Shown: one piece after another, positions 53,715 to 64,000 of the stretch | How the letters are laid out: each line of letters opens with the position of its first letter | Position numbering within the stretch: position 1 is the stretch's first letter | Assembly: GCA_903813345.2 (NCBI GenBank) | Contig: CAIIXF020000001.1 | Location: 46,190,001 to 46,254,000, forward strand | DNA: 64,000 nt | Direction: 5' to 3' | DNA from: Owenia fusiformis | Lineage: Eukaryota | Translations under genes and position numbers: made by a program | Notes under the pieces: generated by a model | Told to the model about the DNA's origin: nothing | Databases searched by the model: none | The model's input: only the letters and a program-made list of their open reading frames with translations

Positions 53715-53846
53715 CTGAGATAGACCTCTTCTCAATTTTATTGCTAGATCTAAATCCACAACGAGGCTATGTCAACAGAGGAAGTGAAAATTTCTCGAAA
53801 AAATTCTATGATGTAAAATACGATTTGCTACAACCTAAACGTCAAA
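53715..53846. promoter_or_regulatory. Compact bidirectional promoter (PLGRKT / FN3 membrane protein)
   Basis: Minus-strand donor CAG|GTAAG at 53714 and plus-strand ATG at 53847 are only about 130 bp apart; ETS-like GAGGAAGTG at about 53778. Confidence 0.55.
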
Positions 53847-56800
53847 ATGGACGCCATCGAGTTATTGAAGTATATGTTGGCCATTTATCTTCTTCTAGAA
53901 ATAGGTAATAGTGATTTATACTACTAACACATTGGTCAATCACCTTTTACATTCACTAAAAAAAAATTGTGGGCGATAATAGAGTTTCATTTGTATAATT
54001 TTCTAATTTTCTTATAATCTGTCTGAATTTAGACATTCAGACCTCCCTGTCCCCCCATCTGTCCTGTTATTGAATTATATAGTGCTGGTCTATGTACATG
54101 TACTGTGTTGTACATTACATTCCTGCTGTGTTATGCAGTGTCTCACATAAACTCCATTTCACTGAAATGGAATTGACAAAACCCCCAGGGAGAAAACAAA
54201 ACTAAAAAGGACTTTAGACACTGTGTTGCGAAATCGCTACACTTTCCGTCAAAATTAATAGTTCATAATCTCACCTGGAATAGCCTGACAACGGCCAAAG
54301 TCAGATACCATTGTCACAAATGGCGGACATAACCGTCGCTTCAATTAGATTTTCATGAACTGTATGTTTGATAGAGCACCTAGACTAAATTCCTTTGGAA
54401 AGGTACAGCTGGAAAATAAGATTTTGGTAAAAAATTGGTACACCTGCACATGTTATATTTTCTGGTACAAAATAAAGTATGAAGGCATGTATCAATTTCA
54501 TTGCTTTTTTCAGGAAAGTATCATATCATTGTTTTCTTTTAGAATATCTGGTAGGCGTTCAATGGGAACTCCAGGAAATTCTGATATTTCACACTTTCTA
54601 TTTCTAAATTTTCTTTCAAAGTTTCCAGACAACACAGGAGCTACCATTGACCTGTTTCCAAGTTTACTAAAAGTAGACAGTGTAATGATACTTTCCTGAA
54701 AAAAGCAAGGAAATACACACATGCCTTCATACTTAATTTTGTACCAGAAAATAACATGTGCAGGTATAGCAATTTTTTACCAAAATGTTACTCTCCAGCT
54801 GAACCTTAATACTCATTGTACTGTCATCGAAATAATTAAAGTCTTTAATTTAACCGATCTAAATTAGATACGGGACAATGGACACTGTGATTACCACATG
54901 CCGTTGTCTTTCTAAATTACTCAAAGACGATATGTTGTGGCGATTCACGACCCAATTTGATTGAAAATGGGATTTCATATGATACATTATCATAAGAGCT
55001 TAAAACATGCACAGAATTAGCGACAATAAAATCCCATGAAATGAGGACCAAGTGATTAAACAGTTGAAGCGACGGTTATGTCCGCCATTTGTGACAATGG
55101 AATCTGACTTTACCGTTGTCACTCTTTTCCGCTGTGAATCTGTTCTACTAGTTCCCAGGATTGCTCAATGGTACATGTTATTTATAGACGAGTAGGGATT
55201 TGCAAAAAATAAAATAAAAAAGGATCGACTGACCCTGTTGGGTTTTTTGGTATTTTTGGAAAGCTGTGCATCACCACAACATCTTCTACTTAATAAGAAG
55301 TTCTGAAAATGGTCCCGTTGCCATGGAAACAGACGCTGAATAAAATACCTGCTATTAACAGTATTCGAATCACCAAAAACATGTTTTGTTATATAACTAT
55401 TCCATTTCTTATCCGTTTTAAATAATCTTGGTACCAAATGAAAGCATGTTGAGTGCCCTTTGAGATAAAGTATAATTTATGCAAATCAGCTCATTTGCAT
55501 ATCTTCTGTGACGTCATAATTGTGATTTTTCCTAATATTTTGAGCAAGTTATTAAAATACATGTTATAAATACCCCTTTGAATTAAATAAGTGTAGTAAA
55601 GTTGTATATATTCATAAAATACAAATGTAGGAGAAACAGGCTTTATTTCGATATATATGACATATCTCGATCAGTTTAAACGATATAGCCTGCGTCCTTT
55701 TAATTAGTACATAACTGGAAAAATAACAGCAAAAGTAGACCTATTTTATGGTACAACTTGTATTTTACAAAATATGAACTAGCCTTATGTAAATTATGGG
55801 GGGTTGAGACGGTAAACGCTGATATTAGCAGGCAAACCTCAGACTGGGTATCTTTAGAAAGCTAAGCCTCTACTATATCTTCCACATAATGAGTAGTTCT
55901 GAAAATGGCGCCGTTGCCATGGAAACGGACGCCGATTAAAATACCTCCCATTAATAGTATAAATATCACCAATAACATGTTTTATTTTATAATTTCTCCA
56001 TTTCTTATCCATTTTAAATAATCTTGGTACCAAATGAAACCATGTCGAATGCCCTTTCAGAAAAATTATAATTTATGCAAATTAGCTCATTTGCATATAT
56101 TTTGTGACGTCATAATTGCAATTTTTCCTAATATTGTTTAGCAAGTTATTAAATTACATGGGATAAATAACCCCTTTAAATTATATAATTGTAGTAAAAT
56201 TGAATATCTTCATTGAACACAAATGTAGCCTAGACAGGCTTTATTGAGATATATAGATCATATTTCAATCAGTCTGGGAGATATAGCCCACATCTTTTTA
56301 ATTAGTACATAACTGGAAAAAATACAGCAAAAATAGACCTATTTATGGTATTTTACAAAATATAAAACAGTCTCATATAAATTATGGGTGCTGAGATGGA
56401 AAACGCTGATATTAACAGGTAAACCACAGACCTACTGGGTCTCTTGGTATCTTTAGAAAGCTAAGCATCTTTACTCAATCTTCCACATAATGAGACATTC
56501 TGTAATTGGTCCCGTTGCTATGGAAACGGACTAATAAAAACAAATAAAAATAATACACTAGGTATTGGCAATATCGGGATCATGAACGAAAATGTTTGTC
56601 TCATAACTTTCCTATATTATTATCCATTTTGAGTAATATTGGAATCAGATGAAAGCTCGTTATTTCAGTTACAGTGCTAATTATGCAAATTAGCTCATTT
56701 ACATATCCTTTGTGACATCATAATAGTAATTTTTCTCACATTTCGAGCAAAGTATCAAAAAATATTATAGAAAATTAAATATTTGCAGTAAAAGTGTAAT

Positions 56801-59800
56801 ATATTCATGTATAAGATAAATGTAGGCCAAACAAGCCTTATAGTTAGGCAGAAATATAGGGTATTTTGACATTCAATCGTTTTCTTCAAATTTCAACTTA
56901 TCAACATGAATATAGGATTGGGACCTCAAAACCACCGATGTCGGAGCAGCACCCTTGAGCAACTCTCTACAGAGCATTTCTTATACTACCCCCCTGATAA
57001 AATATACAGGGGGCACTATAAGAATAAGTTTTAGTATGATGCTTGACATGTATGAAAAAATCAAGAAAAAATCTTAATCCATTGCTATACCAACAGTAAC
57101 AGAACACTATTTGTTACCGTAGAGATTCATTATTTTGCAACATGCAACATTTCTTCATATTCTTGATTCTTAAACTAGCATAAAGTATTACACTAGTATA
57201 TAGGACACTGCATATTTTATATGTATATTAAATGAAATCTAATCATGAATTCATACAGTAATGAGGTTGGCATATACTTTAGACTTTGGCATGATGTCTT
57301 AACATTATAACCATTAGTTTTCCGGATCTCATTTGAGCATTACGACTTTGGTGGTTATCATGTACAAGTACAATATTATTAATATTATTTACAATTCTAT
57401 ATGTAAGTTTAATATTTAGAACATCCATCATAATGAAATCTAATGTAATCATACAATAGAGGGGTTGGCATAGTCTAGATTTTGGCATAATGTCTACATT
57501 TTATAAGCATTGGCTTTCCTCATCTGAGCAAGCAGACTACTGGGGGCCCTGTATTAACTTCTGGGGGCCATCGTATAGCTTTTAAAGGCTTGTGAATATT
57601 TGATTTAACATTGAACTCAATTGGATATTTTCTCTAACAGTGAAATTTAATGGCCATGAAACATTTCAGATTGACAGCACAGTGAATTTTTTTGTCAGTG
57701 AAAATTTGGGCTTGCTTCTGGGGACCCTCTTATAGCTTCTGGGGACCCTCTTATAGCTTCTGGGGGCCACTGGGGGCCCCTGTATAGCTTCTGGGGCCAC
57801 AATATAGCTTTTTTTGGGCCACTAGGGGCCCCTGTATAGCTTCTGGGGGCTCATGTATAGCTTCTTGGGGACACTGGGGGGGCACCATATAGTTTTCGGG
57901 GGCCAACATATAGCTTTTGGGGGCCACCGTATAGCTTCTGGGGGCCCCTGTATAGTTTCTTGGGGCCATTGGGGGCTTTGTACAGCTTCTGGGGGCTACC
58001 ATATAGCTTTTGGGGGCTACTGGAGGCCATCCTGTAGCTTCTGGGGCCCATCGTATAGCTTCTAGGGGCCACCGTATAGCCTCTGGGGGCCATCGTATAG
58101 CTTCTTTGGCCCACCATATAGCTTCTTGGGGCCACTAGGGGCCCCTGTATAGCTTCTGGGGGCCACTGTAAAGCTTCTTGGAGCCACTGGGGCCCACCAT
58201 ATAGCTTCTGGGGCTACTAGGGGCCCTCTGTATAGCTTATGGGGCCACCATATAGCTTTCCGGGGCCACTGTATAGCTTTAAGGGGGCACTAGGGGCCAC
58301 TGTATAGATTCTGTGGGCCATTGGGGACCACCGTACAGTTTCTCGGGGCTATCATATAGCTTCTGGGGCCACTGGGGGCCATCATATAGCTTCTAGGGGC
58401 CTTAAAGGGGGCACTAGGGGCCACTGTATAGATTCTGGGGGCCATTGGGAGCCACTGTACAGTTTCTGGGGGCTATTATATAGCCTTGGGGCTACTGGAG
58501 GCCATCCTATAGCTTCTAGGGGCCACCCTATAGCTTCTGGGGGCTACTGGAGGCCATCCTATAGCTTCTGGGGGCCACCCTATAGCTTCTGGGGGCCATC
58601 ATATAGCTTCTTGGACCCATCATATAGCTTCTTGGGGCCACTGTAAAGCTTCTTGGAGCCACTGGGGGCCACCATATAGCTTCTGGGGGCTACTAGGGGC
58701 CCTCTGTATAGCTTCTGGGGGCCACCATATAGCTTTCCGGGGCCACTGTATAGCTTTAGGGGGGCACAAGGGGCCACTGTATAGATTCTGGGGGCTACAC
58801 ACGGGCCCTGTATAGCTTCTGGAGGCCATATTGGGGACCACCGTACAGTTTCCGGGGGCTATCATATAGGTTCTGGGGCCATCGTATAGCTTCTGGGGGC
58901 CCTGTATAATTTCTGGGGGCCCCTGTATAGATTCTGGGGACCCCTGTATCGCTTCTGGGGGCCACCATATAGCCTTTAGCTGAGGGTAAGGAGCATTCTC
59001 CCGATGTTGATTTTAGCCGCTGCTGCTGGCGTATGTAACATGTACTTATCTGTTATCTCCATAAAACAATTGTGTCATTCCCTAGATTATTACAACTGAT
59101 CTGATGTAATTATGTTTGTTGAAAGGAAGAATTAGTGTCATGATAATTAGTAACAAACAGATTAGTATTAGTTTTAAAATATATCAGTGTAATTAACAGT
59201 GGGTGGGATGCTACATCTTGTAAACAATTGGCTTATCTAAATCTCAATCATATTAATCCAAGGTTTTTAGAATCAGATATTGGCTTAAGACTTTCACACC
59301 TCTGAAAAATAATGGAATATACAGTGTCACCAATATTCCGTATTCCTTGTTCACAGGTGAATTTTCATAAGTTGCACCAAAATAGTGTTCCTTGTTCCCT
59401 GTTCACAGGTTTTCCCTACAGAGAGGGTCCGTTAACATGTTAGTCAATGGAAAAATATTCGGTTCTTTTGAAAAGCATTCCTTGTTCATAGGTTTTCCCT
59501 ACAGAGAGGTATTCCATCGGACAGGTTTTACTGTATATAATAGATAAGTATATACTTCAGATGCTTTAAGAATCAAGAATATGAAGAAAATTATGAAAAT
59601 CAGCAAAAATAATGCACTACGGTCACAAATAGTGTTCTGTTACTGTTGCTATAGCAATGGATTAAGATTTTTTCTTGATTTTTGTCACACATGACAAGCA
59701 TCATACTAAAACTAATTCCCGAAAATTTCAAGTTAATATATTTACTAGTGTCTGAGGGTGCCTTATAGTACCCCCTGTATATTTTATCAGGGGGTATAAG

Positions 59801-60533
59801 AAATGCTCTGTAGAGTACTAGAGAGTTGCCCAATTTGTGTAAATTTGGAAATATTTGAGCAATTGTGTAAAAAAATATGTGATATTTTGTGAAAAGTGTT
59901 CAAATTAGACAGGTTAATTTTTCGAACATGAGTGTTCACTATTCGAATTTGGAGATGGTCAGATTTCAAGTTTTTTTAGCATGGAAGTCAATGGGAGGAA
60001 AAAAATGAGACCAGAAAAAGATGTTTGGATATGCCTTCGATTGAGGCAAACTAATACTTTTCCTAAAATACTACAAAATATATGTATAGTTTGGTCTATA
60101 TCACTCAGGAATGAATAATTGAACTATTTAAAGAGGGTACATTCTGTATTTCCTATCCTGGTGGAGATCTACTCTATTTATCAAAATGATGATGTGTTGT
60201 GTTACATTCATCATATCGGTATATGGAGATATGACAGGTTTACTACACTTGTTTAATAGAAGAGGATTTATGACATATCTGAGCTAACAGGTCCAAAACC
60301 TAATCAGATGTAGAATTAAGTGAGCCGAACAAGATTTTAAAGTTTTAAAAGCAACTGTGAAGCCGTTTTTCTTAAAGTTTGCAGACAAGGATTTTAGCAT
60401 TTGACTTCAAAATGGCTGACAGGAAGTAGGTATCGAGTTAAATTTTTTTCATCAACATCTATAAGCACTCATAAGTTATCCCTGAAAATTTGAAGGTGAT
60501 ATCTGTAGCGGTTTTGGAGAAAACTCCCGGACG

Positions 60534-60572
<39 letters not shown>

Positions 60573-63500
60573 GGACAGACGCGCCTAGGCCGACAATATG
60601 GCCCCACACTATGTGGTGGGGACATAAAAAATGGTATAAAAATATCAAATATGACGTCACAAAGGATATGCAAATGAGCTAATTTGCATAAATTGTAATT
60701 TACCTGATAGGGCCTACAATATGCTTTCATTTGGTACCAAGGTTATTTAAAACGGATAAGAAATGAAAGAGTTATACAAAGCATGTTATTTGTGATTTAA
60801 ATAGTGTTATTAGCAGGTATTTTAATTAGTGTTTGTTTCCATAGTACGGGACCATTTTCAGAACTTCTCATTATGTAGAAGATGTAGTCTAGATGCTTAG
60901 CTGTCAAAAGGTATCATCAGGGTCTGGGGTCTACCTGCTAATATCAGCGTTTTCCATATCAGGCCCACATATTTTATTTAAGGCTGGCTCATATTTGGTA
61001 AAATACCATAAAATAGGTCTAAATGTTGCTGTTTATTTTCCAGCTATGTTCTAACTAAAAAAGATGTAGGCCATATCATCTAGACTGTTTGAACTATGTT
61101 CTATATATCAAAATAAAGCCTGTCTGTCCCATATGTATCTTCTATGAAAATATTACATGTTTACTGCGCTTATTTATTTCAAGTCGATATTTATAATATT
61201 ATATTTTAATAACTTGCTCAAAGTATTAGGAAAAATGGCAATTATGACGTCACAAAAGATATGCAAATGAGCTTATTTGCATAAATTATACTTTATCTGA
61301 AAGGGCATTCAACATGCTTTCATTTGGTACCAAGATTATTTAAAATGGATAAGAAATGAAAAAGTTATAAAATAAAACATGTTATTGGTGATTTAAGTAC
61401 TGTTAATAACAGGTATTTTAATCAGCGTCCGTTTCCATGGCAACGGGACCATTTTCAGATTTTAGCATTATGTGGAATATGAAGTAGAGATGCTTAGCTT
61501 TCTAAAGATACCTAGAGACCCAGTAGGGTCTGGGGGTTACCTGCTAATATCAGTGTTTTTTATCTCAAGCCAAGATAATTTATATAAAGCTGGCTCATAT
61601 TTTGAAAATACCATAAAATAGGTCTACATTTAGCTGTATATTTGCCAGCTATGTACGAATTAAAAAGGATGTAGACTATATCATCTAGACTGATTTACCT
61701 ATGTTCTATATATCAAAATAAAGCCTGTCTGTCCTACATTTATATTCTCTGAAGATATTACACTTTTACTGCGCTTATTTAATTCAAGGTGGGTATATAT
61801 AACATGTGTTTTAAAATTTGCTCAAAATATTAGGAAAAATTGCAATTATGACGTCACAAAAGATATGCAAATGAGCTAATTTACATAAATTATACTTTAT
61901 CCGAATGGGCACTCAACATGCTTTCATTTGGTACCAACATTATTTAAAACGGATAAGAAATGGAAAAGTTATAAAATAAAACATGTTATTGGTGAATTAA
62001 ATACTGTTAATAGTAGGTATTTTAATCAGCGTCCGTTTCCATGGCAACGGGACCATTTTCAGAACTTCTCATTATTTGGAATATGTAGTAGATATGTTAA
62101 GCTTTCCAAAAATACCAAGAAACCCAACAGGGTCAGTCGATCCTTTTATTTCTTTAAATAAGCACTTTTTGGCAAATCCCTACTCGTCTATTAATCTAAC
62201 CTTCTCTATAGTGAAAACGAGACGAACTCTTTACATAGTATTACATGTCTAGAAATAAAAATTTTAACTAATAAGATACATGTACATGTATAATCACAAT
62301 CTGTTATGCTAAAAAGCTGTGTTGGTGGCTATTTTGAATTAAATTAAATCAATGAAGCAATTTTCAAGAAATAATTCTTGACTATTACTGACCTAAATAT
62401 TGCTTTGAAATGGGACTAAACAAAAACAAGTACCATGAGTAATTTATACAGAAATATTTCTAAAGTGAACCCCCCTAGAATTTTTGGGAAAAGTGAACCT
62501 CCCTTGGGAAATTCTGGCTACGGGCCTGGCTCTTACTCATACCTCAATCCCAGACTAACAAAGAAAATAATTAAGAAAAAATCATGAAAAGATAGATATT
62601 TGGGAGTCAAACACTTTGAGCACATTTCAAAAAGAATAGACATATCATATGGAGTAATGTAACTTTTTATATTTGATATTTCAGTGGATTGTACTCCATT
62701 GCAAGGCAGTTTAGTCCTAACAGTAGTACAAGTATCAGCCAACAATGCCACTATACGTTGGATGACAAACTCTGAGCCAATTGCTAACTGTACGCTAGCA
62801 TATAAGGCAGAAGATGAGACTGAAGTTACATTACTGACTCATGTTTCACCAACAGGACATCAGATTGTTCTGGAGAATCTACACCCACATAGCAATTATA
62901 CATTGGATGTTGAATGCATGGGTCCAAATGGACAGCTCAGTCAGTCAGAAAAAATCACTTTTAAAACAGGTAAGAGATTTGTCAGTTTAGTCAAGTATAT
63001 GTTCAGTTTTGTATATTGTATATTGTTACAGTAGTGATCAATATGTTAAAATAATACACAGAGTCAATAAAAGATATATTTTATTGTGATTTTGCTACAA
63101 TTGGAACATGACTGTATCCATGCCTTCTATAAACTGTGAACAAAGTCAATATTTCAACTGGTATTAATTCATTGATAAACACTTAGTAATATGTGACATC
63201 ATTACAGTGGGCCTTAGTAATGGCAGGCCAATAATGAATATTCAAAAATTTTTGGTGAAATTTTATGTTCGAATTGTAATACAGACTTCAGATCAGGTAT
63301 TATATAGAGTAATAGATACCTTAGGGCTAGGCACAAACGCTCTGGAATAGAAAATGTTTGTGCCTAGCCCTGTGGTATTTATTCATCAACATAGTACCTG
63401 CTCTATCCAAGTTGATTTCATCATGAGCATGGAAATGAGAGTATTCATATCAGCAGTTATTGAATAGCCTTCAGAAAATTTCTCTTCTTAATGTGGAGGA

Positions 63501-63812
63501 CTTCACTGCACTAACTTATCAACTGTATTCATGTTTTGCAGTTACTAATGGAACAGTACTCAATCCATTTACCAATACACATGGCGGGGGTGGTATATCT
63601 TTTAATCCTGTCAACAAAAACAGTGCAGACCTAAACTTTGATAGAGACTCGGGTACAATAAGCAAAAAGCTTAGTGACCCCCCTTCGACATTGGGTGTTG
63701 TTATGGGTGTTTTACTTGGTTTAGCAGGGGGTCTTGTCCTTGGTATTATTGGCTTCTATATATACAAAAAACTGCGGAGGAGAAGACAACTTGCAAGATT
63801 CCTTCGATACAG
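53847..63812 (+). CDS. Small type I membrane protein with one FN3 domain (3' end outside the window)
   Basis: Exon 53847-53904 MDAIELLKYMLAIYLLLEI (phase 1) joins 62685-62969 (VDC...NATIRW...LENLHPHSNYTLDVEC...FKT, FN3) and 63542-63812 (TM LGVVMGVLLGLAGGLVLGIIGFYIY plus KKLRRRR stop-transfer); GT donor after 63812. Confidence 0.78.
54287..55120. mobile_element. Nested palindromic MITEs
   Basis: Outer ~60-bp inverted arms (GACAACGG...CCATTGTCACAAATGGCGGACATAACCGTCGCTTCAA); inner ~125-bp inverted arms at about 54400-54525 and 54685-54807. Confidence 0.7.
57715..58975. repeat. GC-rich ~21-bp minisatellite
   Basis: Dozens of GGGGCC(ACC/CCT)(A/G)TATAGCTTCTG variants; the ORFs here are translations of the repeat. 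Confidence 0.9.
60280..60630 (-). mobile_element. HINE/pearl-like fragment inserted in the right arm of the 7-kb element
   Basis: GGACGGACGGAC(AGAC)n microsatellite followed by hairpin CCCCACAC-TAT-GTGGTGGGG and AAAAA; shares AAACCTAATCAGA with the 41963 element; left limit uncertain. Confidence 0.55.
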
Positions 63813-64000
63813 GTTTGTAACTGTCATAATGTATTCAGTATGTTTTATGCCATACTCCACTGATTATAGGTCACTGACTAAATAGTTTTAGTCCAGTTAA
63901 GTTCACTAACTACTAACTAAAGTAAGTTCTTCATCAAGTACACGTATTCTACACCTTGAAAGTCACCCTACTGGGTGAATTGTTCTGGGAAACCATGTGT

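Larger units (their letters stand above)
55185..62190. mobile_element. 7-kb non-autonomous foldback DNA transposon (Academ-like TAG...CTA termini, 3-bp TSD)
   Basis: TAGACGAGTAGGGATTTGC / GCAAATCCCTACTCGTCTA; TTA on both sides; inverted arms at about 55185-57172 and 59565-62190, each with ~3 units of ~600 bp. Confidence 0.8.

Noticed and set aside
53419..53759. Hydrophobic N-terminal extension fused in frame to the CR1 fragment (264-aa ORF)
   Set aside because: Starts at a non-ATG codon and crosses the PLGRKT first-exon donor into intron; most likely a chance open frame, not a domesticated fusion.
57751..58865. APRSY/PQKLY repeat ORFs resembling adhesive or structural proteins
   Set aside because: Frames are broken by frequent indels in the minisatellite; no signal peptide or splice structure; lies inside a transposon.

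Overview
AT-rich eukaryotic (invertebrate animal, probably lophotrochozoan-like) genomic DNA with spliceosomal introns; no prokaryotic features, CRISPR array or convincing RNA gene. Spliced genes reconstructed by hand from GT-AG sites and reading phase: the 5' part of a ZIP4/ZIP12-like zinc transporter (- strand, 12.8 kb first intron); a TEX33/CIMIP4-like gene with two paralogous alternative last exons (-); mitochondrial thioredoxin TXN2 (+); two copies of a secreted three-PAN/Apple-domain gene inside a head-to-tail 8.6/9.6 kb duplication (one copy has a single nonsense change); an EGF-FN3 type I membrane protein (-) whose last exon was also duplicated; PLGRKT (-); and a small FN3 type I membrane protein (+) sharing a very compact divergent promoter with PLGRKT. 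Non-coding DNA is packed with non-autonomous DNA transposons (piggyBac-, Kolobok-, hAT-, foldback- and Academ-like), DINE-1/pearl-type Helentron-associated elements (HINEs), a CR1 fragment and many palindromes. The most notable structures are the duplication (which supplies empty sites for several insertions), a triple-nested HINE stack, a possible HINE read-through transduction, a 1 kb palindrome that captured host intron DNA, and a 7 kb foldback element carrying repeated octamer/CRE/X-box motif cassettes. Family names come from recalled motifs, not database searches.
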